Source: a virus (lineage: Duplodnaviria; Caudoviricetes). Taken from it: DNA of 49,998 nt. The notes under the pieces were generated by a model that made no database searches, was not told where the DNA came from, and saw only the letters and a program-made list of their open reading frames with translations. The stretch is from IMG/VR virus record IMGVR_UViG_3300031628_000005, positions 1 to 49,998 of that record; one strand, 5' to 3'. A program made the translations under genes and the position numbers. Positions 23,901-32,857 of the stretch are shown here, in pieces (position 1 is the first letter of the stretch; every line of letters starts with the position of its first letter).

Positions 23901-26900
23901 TGCGTTTACAGCTTTTTGTACAGTTATAGGATTGTTATATTTTATATCATTTGGTATTAAATCGCTATCAAGTTTAGAAGCCATTGATTTTCCTTCCACC
24001 AAAGGTAATGCCGATTTAATAACTTTTGCTGCATTATAATCAGAGTTCTCTATAGTTCTTAATATGGCTTCGTTTTGAATATTAGAAGCTTGTACTTTTT
24101 CATTAGCATTATATCCATCATATATTTTTGGATCAATACCAAATCCGCTTTCTTCAGCAATTGTTTTTCCTGTGTCAGGATTTTTAAGTGTGTTTAAATC
24201 AATTCCTGCAGCGGCAAGTCTTGTTATAGGGTTATTAAATATACTTTGACCTTCTGCTAATGTAGAATCTAATTTAGCCTGGTCTAATAAATCATCATCA
24301 AATTTAGAAAGTTGTGTTTGATAATAATTTTCTTTTATAGCCTCCATTGTAGGAATAGCAGCATTATTTTTAATAGCTAAAAGTATAGATGCTCCAACTA
24401 CCGAGGCAGGTGGATTATGCTCTTCTCTATATTTTTTACCTTCTCTTTGCTGTTTTTTTGAATTAATACCTCCATATCTCATTTCAATTGAGCGATACTT
24501 AAATTGTGCAGATATTTTTACTAAACCTGTAGTAGCTTGATAACTCTGTATAATAATAGCAGCGCCTATATCTAATGACATACCGCCTGCAACGGCATCG
24601 GTAAGTTGATTAACTACATGATCTAAAACTACCATATTATCTTTAGCTCTTTGCGCAGCTAATTCTCTAACTTTTTTATTTTTAGAAAAAGCTTGAATAG
24701 GCGATACTCGCATAGCTTTAGGGCCATTGTAAGAGTTAGCACTTTTTATTAGTTTTTTGTAAGCGGGATCACTTTTGCCGTAATATAACCTACCAGGTTT
24801 AGCAACCCAGTTTGTTATGCCTTTAGTTGTAATCTCAACAAATTTTCCGTCTTTTGTTTTTCCAAACTTAATAGGTTTTTTTATTCCACCTTCAAAAGCT
24901 TGCTTAGCAGAAGAATACATTTTTCCTCCTTTAACACCATAAAAAGTTTGTTTACCACCACTACCCATTTTACCGGCTTCTATAGTAGTAATGTCTAATC
25001 CATATTCAACAACAGCTTTCTGCATAGCGGTTTGCTGAGCCTTTCTATTAGATTCATTTATAGGTGGAGACTTAAAGTCTAAATCCGCTGCTAATTGTTT
25101 TTTGTTTTTTAAAACAGAAACAGCTTTAAATGAGGTTTTTAGCTTAGGAGGCATACTATCGTAACTTTCTAATTTACTAGCCATAGATGCGTTTTTGCCC
25201 GCAGCAACATCTTGTTTGGTTTCTAAGCTTAAATCAGTATCTGATCTTACAATTTCGTTTGTTACAAGTTTTCCGTATAAATTAGCAATGCCTTTTAAAG
25301 CCTGCGCTTGAGAAGACCTTGCATTAAATCCTTCTTGTTTTTTGCCATCAACGATACCAAATGCTTCCAAAAACTGCGCTTTAGTAATTCCTTTATTTAA
25401 AACAAACGGAGCAAGCCCGGCGCCTTTACCAAGTCTAGCTTTTTTAGTATAAAATGCGTCAAGCAATCCTTTTGGCACGCCTGTAGAGGTACCTAAGAGC
25501 TTCTCTGTTGCAGCTTCTACTACTGCGCCTTGTGGTAATATCTTTAATAGTTTATCAGCGTTCTTATTAACAAATTGCTGTATAGCTGTTGCATCTCCTT
25601 TTGATAAATTAGCAGCGGGTACAGTAAGTTTTTTAACCGGTATACCAATTTCTTCTGCAATAATTTCAGGAGCTAAGTCACCAAGCTTTTTAAACGTTAG
25701 ATTTTTAGGATCAATGCCTTCAATCTTTTCTTGCACCTGCTCTTTAATCTTGCCTACAGCATTGTTAGATATAAGAGAGCTAGGTTTTATTTTTCTTTTT
25801 ACAGGTTTTGGAGTAACTTCTGTTGTTATTTCTTCAGCCATTACGCCTTTAGCCTCCGTAACATCGGTTGTAAATTCTTCTCCTAAAACTCTTTGGGAAG
25901 CTTCTATAGCTCTAGCTGGTAAAAATTTGTTTATATAAGCAGCTAATGGAACACCTGATTCAGGTTTGTACTCTTTAATTAAATCAATTATGCCACGCTT
26001 ACCTGTTTCTATTTCGTCTGTTAAAAGTTGACGATCAAAATTAGGTGCTTCACTTCTTTTTTCTACTATTTTACTTACTATAGGCTTAAATTGCTCTATA
26101 ATTTCAAAAGCCCCATCTTTGCCTTTTGTTTCATAAATAGTTTGCACGTTTTCACTTGCCTTAATATTAGATTCTAGCTTGCTTTCTTTTGCAATTATGT
26201 CTTTTGTTTCGGATTCAACTTTAGCTAGTTGGTTGTCTATTGATTTGGTTTCACGAGCTCCTTTGGTTCTACCGTCAACCTTTTCGACTATTCCATCAAC
26301 TAATTTACCTTTTGCTCCTTCTTTGGCTATCTTAAGCTGAGCTTCATTTAATTTGTTACCAGAGTTAATTGTATCGTTATAGTCTTTTAAAAAATTAAAA
26401 ACATCTAATCCAGTGTTAAACTCAATATTTAATGGCTGTTTTTTATTAGATTTAAAAACATTAGATATTTTATCTCTTAACGCTTCGAAAAAGCCTTTTG
26501 TTTTTTCATTATAAACAATGTCACCATTCGTAATAGCCTCACTAACTAAAGGAATAACTTCCTCATAAGTCATTTCAGCTGAATAATTTTTATCATCTAT
26601 ATAGTCTTGAAGCCTAGCTCTCATTTTATCTCCGCCTTCAATTTGCTTATTGTTTAATATCTCTGTTATTAAAGACTTGCCAAAAGTTATAGCTAGCTCA
26701 GGATTGTTTTGAAATGTTTGTTTAAAAAATGGATGTAAGAGTTCATGCTGGTCAGTAGTATATTTATTTCGTTCTGCAGCAACTCTGTCATTTATTAATA
26801 TAATAGTTTCACCGCCAAACTCAACAGCCTGGCCGTATCCTAATGATTTTTGTACTTTAGCACCCTTATCTGCAAGCTCTTTAACTCTAGCATCGTAAGA

Positions 26901-29567
26901 TTCTTGTGTGCCATAATTTTCAAACTCCGCTCCCAACTGTTCTGCTATTAATCTAGCTCCCTCTCTAGTTTTAGAACTTTCAATATCAATTACTGTGTCT
27001 TGTATAACTAATTCTTGAATTTCTGTTTTTATTTCATTTAACCTAGTTTGATCACCATTACCTTCGGTAATATCAGAGTCATTTATGTCTTTAATTTTTT
27101 GCTGAAGTTTATTTTTTTCTATTAACAATGCAGTTAAAGGGGCTTGACTTTTAAGGTTTACACCAGCTGTATTTAAAGCGTTCGCATTTGATTGAACATC
27201 TAAAAAGTTTTGCTTAATTACATCAGCCTCTCCTTGAGTTATGCTGCCGTTGTTTACTTCTGCTTTTAATTGTGTGTTTAATAAACTTAAAGATCCATTA
27301 ACGCTGGCAAGCTTAACAGAAGTGTCAGATACATTAATATCGCTAAAAGCAGTGTACATAGCATCTACTCCAGAATCATCTAATATGGTGTTAACTCTTC
27401 TATTAGTTGCTGATTGATTTAAGTAAGATCGCCCAGCCCCAACACTTGATAGTTTTGCTCCAAATGCTCCACCAATTAAAAATGTGTCAAATCCTTCTGC
27501 AAACTTTTTATTAAAATCTATTTCTTTTCCTGTGTATAAATATTCAGCTAATTCATTAAGAACAAATGTTCCTGTTTCTGACCCGCCTTCCATTCCAAAC
27601 GCTTTACCTATATCTCCAAAATAATTTGCTATCCCTTTAAAAGAATCATCTAAATTTTTAGGCTTAAAACCAAAAGCTTTTTTAGCTAACCCTCTAGTTA
27701 CAATTTCTAAAGCACCTTCCGATAAGCCAATCATTAAAGAATAACCAGAAAGAGCTAAGCTTAAATCATCACCCTCTTTTTGTTTATCTCTACTAGCAGA
27801 GGAGGCTTCTCCTACTATTAACAAAGGAATACCAATAATAGGTATTGACACCTCAATTAGACTAGTAGCTGAACTTAAAGCATCTGTAGATAATCGCGTC
27901 ATTTGACTTACAAAATCTCTTTGAAAAGCTCCTTCGGTAATGGTTTGATCAAAAGTACGCATAGTAGAATTTATATTATCTACTTCGTCATACATTTTTT
28001 CTGATATATCTAATAGGTAATTAGCTATATCTCCAGAGGGAAGGCCAAATTTAGAAGCCATCTTATTTATAACTTTAGCTCTTTGCTCATAAGGCAATGC
28101 ATTTACTGCTGCTAATGTTTTATCGTCAAAAGCAATAGTAGCTATTTGCTGATTTACCCAGCTAGGTATACCAAGCACCTTGCCCCCTATGCGAGTTAAA
28201 CCCGCTTCAAAGCTTTTTCCTAAACGCGGAGCAAATTCAAGACGTTTGGCGTTTTCTTTATTTTTATTTGTAATAGCAAGTACTGTGTTAAACGGATCTT
28301 GCGCTGCACTAAGTGTGTAATCTTCAGCAGTTAATTCCATAACCGACTTAGCGTCTTTGCCTGTTCTTATTTTATAGTTATTAAAAGCTTGTTGCTGATT
28401 TGCTTTAGGTATTTTTTGCTGTTCTCCTTGTATGTAAAAACCACCGCCTTTTTGCCCATTGCTTGCCGTAAAGCTTTCTACATAAAAAGCTTCCTCAGAA
28501 ACATTTTTTAAAGTACCATCATCTTTACGTAAATTTTGCATTTCAATAATTTCCGCATTGCTTGGAGAATTATCTATTATTTGCTGATATTGGTAATCTG
28601 ATGCTAAGCTATTTCTAGTTTTAATTAAGCTGTTAAAAAAATTTGCTTCTTCTTCAGTATAAATAATTGGCTTACCTTCTTTGTCAAATTCAAAATCATT
28701 TTTAATAATTTTATCATATTTTTCTATTTGAACTTCCAAAGGAACCGGTTTGTATCCAGCGCGATAAGGCCCTACGTAGGGATTATTATCTATTACTATT
28801 TCACCATCAGCTTTTTTGATCCATATATTTGGATCATCACCTTCGGTAATAGGCTCATCCATAGGTATAACTGAAGGCACTAATGTGTCGTCCTTAAGTT
28901 TACTATTTAATTTTGTAATTTCAGCGTTTCTTTTTTCTTGTTTGCGTAATTGTTTTTTATATAACTTTAATGCTTTTTCTTGATCTTCACTTGCATGACC
29001 TAATTCTACCTGTATGCTAGCAATAGAAAGGTTATTTGTTTCTTTTTTCCATTTATCTGTACCTTCTTTTTTTTGATAATATTCTAAATTATTATCTTCA
29101 CCAACATTCCATTTAAAATCGTAAGTGTTAGCATTGTAAGTTTCATTTTTAGAAACAACATTACTCAATTTTGTTTGTTGATCGTCGTAAGCCTTTTTTT
29201 GTTCTTGTTGTTTTTTAAAAGATTTTAAAAATTCACTTTCTTGAAATAAAGATTCTCCATCCCCAAAATTGAATTTCTCGGACATAACCGGTGTAGCTAG
29301 TGCATTGTCCTGTGCAGCAGCATTTTTCTTTTTTTCGTTTACTTTTTCAGCGGCACCTTTAGTTTCTTTAGAAAAAGAATCTACATTTAAAGATCCATCT
29401 TCATTAAATTTAGAAGGCTTTACTTCTTCAACAGCTTTTTCAGCGATTCCATCAACAATTTTTTGAGCAGACTGATCATTTTTATTTTTCCAAGCTTTAG
29501 TTAAAGCAATCTTTTCTGATAAAGATATATCGGAACTTAATGTTTGTACATATTCTAGTAATGTCAT
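20919..29567 (-). CDS. giant multidomain virion (ejected/internal) protein with zincin motif, sigma region-2-like domain and HAD phosphatase
   Basis: 2882 aa, at the internal-protein position after tail genes. HELLH at about aa 941, sigma2-like at about aa 1154-1225, DFDDT at about aa 1914 followed by ILTAR and ADD motifs. Confidence 0.75.
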   Translation of the reverse strand: MTLLEYVQTLSSDISLSEKIALTKAWKNKNDQSAQKIVDGIAEKAVEEVKPSKFNEDGSLNVDSFSKETKGAAEKVNEKKKNAAAQDNALATPVMSEKFNFGDGESLFQESEFLKSFKKQQEQKKAYDDQQTKLSNVVSKNETYNANTYDFKWNVGEDNNLEYYQKKEGTDKWKKETNNLSIASIQVELGHASEDQEKALKLYKKQLRKQEKRNAEITKLNSKLKDDTLVPSVIPMDEPITEGDDPNIWIKKADGEIVIDNNPYVGPYRAGYKPVPLEVQIEKYDKIIKNDFEFDKEGKPIIYTEEEANFFNSLIKTRNSLASDYQYQQIIDNSPSNAEIIEMQNLRKDDGTLKNVSEEAFYVESFTASNGQKGGGFYIQGEQQKIPKANQQQAFNNYKIRTGKDAKSVMELTAEDYTLSAAQDPFNTVLAITNKNKENAKRLEFAPRLGKSFEAGLTRIGGKVLGIPSWVNQQIATIAFDDKTLAAVNALPYEQRAKVINKMASKFGLPSGDIANYLLDISEKMYDEVDNINSTMRTFDQTITEGAFQRDFVSQMTRLSTDALSSATSLIEVSIPIIGIPLLIVGEASSASRDKQKEGDDLSLALSGYSLMIGLSEGALEIVTRGLAKKAFGFKPKNLDDSFKGIANYFGDIGKAFGMEGGSETGTFVLNELAEYLYTGKEIDFNKKFAEGFDTFLIGGAFGAKLSSVGAGRSYLNQSATNRRVNTILDDSGVDAMYTAFSDINVSDTSVKLASVNGSLSLLNTQLKAEVNNGSITQGEADVIKQNFLDVQSNANALNTAGVNLKSQAPLTALLIEKNKLQQKIKDINDSDITEGNGDQTRLNEIKTEIQELVIQDTVIDIESSKTREGARLIAEQLGAEFENYGTQESYDARVKELADKGAKVQKSLGYGQAVEFGGETIILINDRVAAERNKYTTDQHELLHPFFKQTFQNNPELAITFGKSLITEILNNKQIEGGDKMRARLQDYIDDKNYSAEMTYEEVIPLVSEAITNGDIVYNEKTKGFFEALRDKISNVFKSNKKQPLNIEFNTGLDVFNFLKDYNDTINSGNKLNEAQLKIAKEGAKGKLVDGIVEKVDGRTKGARETKSIDNQLAKVESETKDIIAKESKLESNIKASENVQTIYETKGKDGAFEIIEQFKPIVSKIVEKRSEAPNFDRQLLTDEIETGKRGIIDLIKEYKPESGVPLAAYINKFLPARAIEASQRVLGEEFTTDVTEAKGVMAEEITTEVTPKPVKRKIKPSSLISNNAVGKIKEQVQEKIEGIDPKNLTFKKLGDLAPEIIAEEIGIPVKKLTVPAANLSKGDATAIQQFVNKNADKLLKILPQGAVVEAATEKLLGTSTGVPKGLLDAFYTKKARLGKGAGLAPFVLNKGITKAQFLEAFGIVDGKKQEGFNARSSQAQALKGIANLYGKLVTNEIVRSDTDLSLETKQDVAAGKNASMASKLESYDSMPPKLKTSFKAVSVLKNKKQLAADLDFKSPPINESNRKAQQTAMQKAVVEYGLDITTIEAGKMGSGGKQTFYGVKGGKMYSSAKQAFEGGIKKPIKFGKTKDGKFVEITTKGITNWVAKPGRLYYGKSDPAYKKLIKSANSYNGPKAMRVSPIQAFSKNKKVRELAAQRAKDNMVVLDHVVNQLTDAVAGGMSLDIGAAIIIQSYQATTGLVKISAQFKYRSIEMRYGGINSKKQQREGKKYREEHNPPASVVGASILLAIKNNAAIPTMEAIKENYYQTQLSKFDDDLLDQAKLDSTLAEGQSIFNNPITRLAAAGIDLNTLKNPDTGKTIAEESGFGIDPKIYDGYNANEKVQASNIQNEAILRTIENSDYNAAKVIKSALPLVEGKSMASKLDSDLIPNDIKYNNPITVQKAVNALEKTDKALNNARKLNAPVKKIRVFDFDDTLAKSKSMVIVNMPDGSTNQINATQFAQQASNLESQGAEFDFTQFSKVVEGKKGPLFEVAQKIADARGTEDVFILTARPQNADGPIKAFMEANGINIPLKNITGLGDGTAEAKAGWIMGKAAEGYNDFYFADDAIKNVQAVKNVLSQIDVKSKVQLAKESKLETFDTIVNDMIEDSSGIETYKQYSAARAQTVGASKGRFNFFIPASAEDFTGLLYKMLGKGKKGDAQMAFLKTNLLDPYDRAESAVTQAKIAAANDFKALKQNLKTLPKSLSKPTGIGGFTFSHAVRVAVWSKQGMDIPGLSKKDIKELNDFVDNNAELSVFTDELMKIQKGKPYPKPGKSWLGGNITGDIINDINKVNRAEYQQEWRENINIIFSEDNLNKMEAAYGTRWRNALEDSIRRMKSGSNRPPGGNSVTDGILDWLNNSVGAVMFLNTRSALLQTISAVNFINWGDNNIVKAGAAFANQKQFWGDFMTLMNSDYLVERRNGLKINVSESEIADAVRDSNNKVKSAIAFLLSKGFVMTRFADSFAIATGGSTFYRNRVKALVAKGMEQKAAEAQAFEDFRQIAEESQQSSNPNRISQQQASGAGRVILAWANTPMQYARIQKRAAQDIANGRGDWKTNVSKIVYYGAVQNLIFNALQQAVFALGFGEDEDEEQQDAKKSEKISRIANGMIDSQLKGLGIGGAAVVAIKSALMELGKQHAKNRPAYEEAVFDLLGFSPPLGSKIQKINGGLRSFSWNMKDIKNKGLSLDNPAYLAGAQITTGLTNIPLDRVIKKLNSMRGIVSEQSSLWQKVALGLGWSTWDVGLGYYGGFDAAKVLTPEEEKVKEIDDMKKLTKTKEQIDMLLDLGLTKKEIKALGKEQVRVEKIIELQNAEANPKEEVKVKEEIKEETKPTPKVKAKPKNESAERRLRRQFDSIKDENKPDQVKTLLKYGLTKKQIRALQYEKNRVNKILELMPKNK

Positions 29568-29572
29568 TTAAT

Positions 29573-30673
29573 TTAATTTAAATTGTTATCATCTAAAAAT
29601 TTTTGTGCGTCTGCTTTTTTTGATTCTGATAAATCAAATACAGCAGCATCTTCTTTTACTATAGGTGATTGATTTTTAGTAAATTCATTTAAATAATTAT
29701 TCATAAAGTATTCTTTATATTTATTTTCAAATAAAACTTTTTTATCTTGTTGCAAAGGCAAATCTAATTCATAACTCCAACTAGATCCGCCTGCATTAGC
29801 GTTCTGGGCCATTTGGGCGTCCTCATCAACACTTGTGTCTTTAGATATATAAACGTTCCAAGCAGCTACTACGTCTTGCTCAGAGCTCATTAAACCAGCA
29901 ACCTCCGCGTTTATAAAAGGCGTTACTTTTTTTTCAATTTTATTTATATCAAATTTAATAATGTTTTTGCCCATACCATTACCTAAATCTAAAATTTCAT
30001 AATCATAAGATCCATCAGGATTTTTTAATATAAATTCTTCACTTATTTTTGCATTAGGTTTTAATTGACTGTTTTCACCAATCATATCAGAATTAAACAA
30101 ATTAACCTCAGTTAAAAGTCGCAGCATGTCTTTATCTATATTTGGGGTAGATGCAATTAAAGAAGTATCGGAATCTAATAAAGCTTTTAAAGATGCGCTA
30201 TTTATAACTAAAGGAAAACCAAAAGCTGGCCCCATAAAAGATATTTGCTGAGATCCATCTGGTAATAAATCTAAATAAGCATTATACCCATCTGTTTTAG
30301 AAAACCCAGGCTTACCTGCCATTAAACTATTAGCAACCGTGTATCTGTAATTATTGTTAGGATCAAAATTGGATTCTTCTGTAACACTAAGCTCTGAAAT
30401 TAATGAAGATAAAAAATCTAAAGAAGCTTGCGGGGATTCTTCAAGCATTTTTACACCAGCTAATTCTAATGAGCAATCTTCTGAAATACATTTGTTAGAT
30501 TCAATGGCTATTTTTAAATTAGCATATGTTTTACCTGCATGCCTATAAGCGTTGTCTAGCAATTGAAAATTATAATCACTTGCGTTGGCTACAAATCCTT
30601 TACTGTAAGCTATAGCATCACTTTGATTAAACTGCTTTAAGTAAAGATTTTGAAATAAATTTTTGTTTTCCAT
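29573..30673 (-). CDS. hypothetical virion protein
   Basis: 366 aa, between the ejection-type protein and the giant protein. Confidence 0.55.
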   Translation of the reverse strand: MENKNLFQNLYLKQFNQSDAIAYSKGFVANASDYNFQLLDNAYRHAGKTYANLKIAIESNKCISEDCSLELAGVKMLEESPQASLDFLSSLISELSVTEESNFDPNNNYRYTVANSLMAGKPGFSKTDGYNAYLDLLPDGSQQISFMGPAFGFPLVINSASLKALLDSDTSLIASTPNIDKDMLRLLTEVNLFNSDMIGENSQLKPNAKISEEFILKNPDGSYDYEILDLGNGMGKNIIKFDINKIEKKVTPFINAEVAGLMSSEQDVVAAWNVYISKDTSVDEDAQMAQNANAGGSSWSYELDLPLQQDKKVLFENKYKEYFMNNYLNEFTKNQSPIVKEDAAVFDLSESKKADAQKFLDDNNLN

Positions 30674-30693
30674 TTTTGTTTTTTTTAACTCCC

Positions 30694-31362
30694 TTAACTT
30701 CCGTAATATGCTCCAGCCATTCCCCCTAAGGATCCAAGCATATTTGTCATTGCACCTGTTTCATCTGCAGCAGCTTGTGCTTCTGCTTGCTTTGACGCTC
30801 CTAACATAGCCGCAGTTCTATCTAATTCTTGCATTTCCCTACCTTCTCTTGTGCTAAACATAAACTGCTCTCCAGCTACATCTGCTTGTTGAAGTCTTTG
30901 CGCTTCAGCCATTTGCCTTTGTTCCATTTGCTGCTCTCCAGCTGCTCGTTTATCTTCGTTAGTTTTTTCTTGTTGCTCAATACTAGCAGCTACTCCTTGT
31001 TTAGATTTCAAAGCAGCCTGTGCTAAAGCTGTTGCGCCGCCGGCACTTGACCCAGTGGCTCTTATAGTATCTAAAGTATTGGCTAAAGATATATCGGCTT
31101 GTTCAATTTTCATTTCAGCTGCGCCTGTGGCTACTGACAAGTTAGCAAAAGGATTACTTATCATGCCCGACAAATCCATTATTCCTTCATAAGGATTAAT
31201 TATTTCTTGTCTATTGTTCTCTAATTGATTAAGTTTTGCTTGAAGTCTAGATCTTTCTGCTGCTGCGGCTGCTTCTCTTTTTCTAGCCGAACTAGCACCC
31301 ATTAGTCCACCTAGAACTGACAAACCGCCTCCTATTACTGCTGCTGCTATTGGTATTGGCAT
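30694..31362 (-). CDS. internal virion / DNA ejection protein
   Basis: Hydrophobic G/A-rich termini with an A/Q/E coiled-coil core, typical of podovirus ejection proteins. Confidence 0.65.
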   Translation of the reverse strand: MPIPIAAAVIGGGLSVLGGLMGASSARKREAAAAAERSRLQAKLNQLENNRQEIINPYEGIMDLSGMISNPFANLSVATGAAEMKIEQADISLANTLDTIRATGSSAGGATALAQAALKSKQGVAASIEQQEKTNEDKRAAGEQQMEQRQMAEAQRLQQADVAGEQFMFSTREGREMQELDRTAAMLGASKQAEAQAAADETGAMTNMLGSLGGMAGAYYGS

Positions 31363-31374
31363 AGTCTTGTTTTT

Positions 31375-32832
31375 TTATTGTTGATATCCATTGTTTCTTG
31401 TATATTTTGAGCTAACAGAAAATAATTCTTTAATCCCCGTATTGTCGGTTACCCCGTCGGTTTGCATTGTAACTGTTACATAATTACCTTTAATCCCGCT
31501 GATAAAATTTCCAAAAGTAACTTCAGCTTCAGCCGCAGGCGTATTATTTATTAAGTTAGCAACATAAGTATTTTCTTTTCTGTTAAACCCAGCGTAATTT
31601 ATTGGTGGAAATAAAACAGCAGGATACATATTTCCGTAATTATCAAATGCTCCTGTGGTATAGCTTCTTATTAAAGCGGCTTCGTCATTATTAAATACCC
31701 ACCCAATTCCATCAAAACCTATTGTTTCATAAGCGGGTCCAGCCCCGACGGAATCTGAAATTATACTGTTTACTTGCCAACCATTTGTTCCTTCGTAGCT
31801 AATAGTTTCAAAAGATTTACTTTGTTCTGGTTCTGGATTTAAAACAAAAGTTATAGAAGATTGATAAGGTATACTGTAAAACTTTGTAGGTCTACTTGTA
31901 TAATGCTCATAAAGCCTTGCGCCATTTAAAGTATAGGTTTTATTTCTTAAGCTTAATATTTGATCTGGTTGATAATTAAAAAATCCTATCCAACCTTTAA
32001 CTCTTTCGTCCCAAGACAATGTTTCATAAGACGGAGCCTGTAATTGTACATTTTTTTGAATAGATACAACATACTGTTTACTGTATATGTCATATCCTCC
32101 TACTAATTTAGCTGGAAACGAAGGCACAGAAAAAGAATTTATTTTATCTCTAAAAAAATCGACCATTCCAACTGCTGATATTTCAGTTAAGCCATCTTTA
32201 GAAAGTCTTAATATTACATTTTTGTTTGCGTCTGAAAAATATTTTTGATACCCATAAACAGCAAAGCTTTCTGGGTTAGTGCTCATGCCATAATCCCCGG
32301 CATATGCTTGAACAGTACCTATAACTAAATTTGAAGTGGTTACAATACCTCCTCCTTCTGCTGAATAAATTGCATCTTTGTCTATTAAAGCGCGACTTAC
32401 TTTTTGTTCTTGAAATATAATTAATCTATTATCTTCCGCATGTAGCTTTTGTATTGAGCCATTAGCTGGATCTACGGACTTAGTTATGTCTTCGCCTACT
32501 GAAAATACATTGGTTCTATTTATACCTGTTCTAGAGTTAAATATACCAGAATATATCATTGAATTTATTCTGTTAGAAGCATTAGGCTCTTCCTCAACTA
32601 AATAAGCTTTTACTCCAAAATCTACAGTTGTGTTATTATATCCACCTCTAATTCTAGATTCTTCTATAGCCCAATTTCCAGGGTCTGTTAAATTAGATCC
32701 TGCTCTGCTATAACCGCCAATACTTTGAGGCACACCAAAGGAGCCATTCCACACTGCTTTTTCAGGTGGATTGCTTATAGTCTTTTTTAATATAAAAGTG
32801 TTAAAATATTTTACTTCTACTACTGCTCCCAT
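31375..32832 (-). CDS. tail nozzle/muzzle protein, C-terminal-type part
   Basis: GSIQKL...YAGDYGMSTNPESFAVYG...GGYD beta-propeller motifs resembling stabilisation/muzzle proteins. Confidence 0.65.
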   Translation of the reverse strand: MGAVVEVKYFNTFILKKTISNPPEKAVWNGSFGVPQSIGGYSRAGSNLTDPGNWAIEESRIRGGYNNTTVDFGVKAYLVEEEPNASNRINSMIYSGIFNSRTGINRTNVFSVGEDITKSVDPANGSIQKLHAEDNRLIIFQEQKVSRALIDKDAIYSAEGGGIVTTSNLVIGTVQAYAGDYGMSTNPESFAVYGYQKYFSDANKNVILRLSKDGLTEISAVGMVDFFRDKINSFSVPSFPAKLVGGYDIYSKQYVVSIQKNVQLQAPSYETLSWDERVKGWIGFFNYQPDQILSLRNKTYTLNGARLYEHYTSRPTKFYSIPYQSSITFVLNPEPEQSKSFETISYEGTNGWQVNSIISDSVGAGPAYETIGFDGIGWVFNNDEAALIRSYTTGAFDNYGNMYPAVLFPPINYAGFNRKENTYVANLINNTPAAEAEVTFGNFISGIKGNYVTVTMQTDGVTDNTGIKELFSVSSKYTRNNGYQQ

Positions 32833-32855
32833 AGATAATTATTACTTGTTTTTAT
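32833..32855 (-). promoter_or_regulatory. putative late promoter
   Basis: Minus strand AAAAACAAGTAATAATTATC directly before the ATG. Matches AAAAACAAGTAATATTAATA at about 39489-39508. Confidence 0.45.
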
Positions 32856-32857
32856 TG

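Noticed and set aside
24290-24430. HNH-like nuclease motif (REEHNPP...NYYQ) in the giant protein
   Set aside because: Only a short EHxxP match, too weak to call without a profile search.
20919-29567. Virion RNA polymerase as in crAss-like or N4 phages
   Set aside because: No DFDxD double-psi-barrel catalytic loop or T7-like motifs recognised. The DFDDT here has HAD context (downstream TAR and DD motifs).
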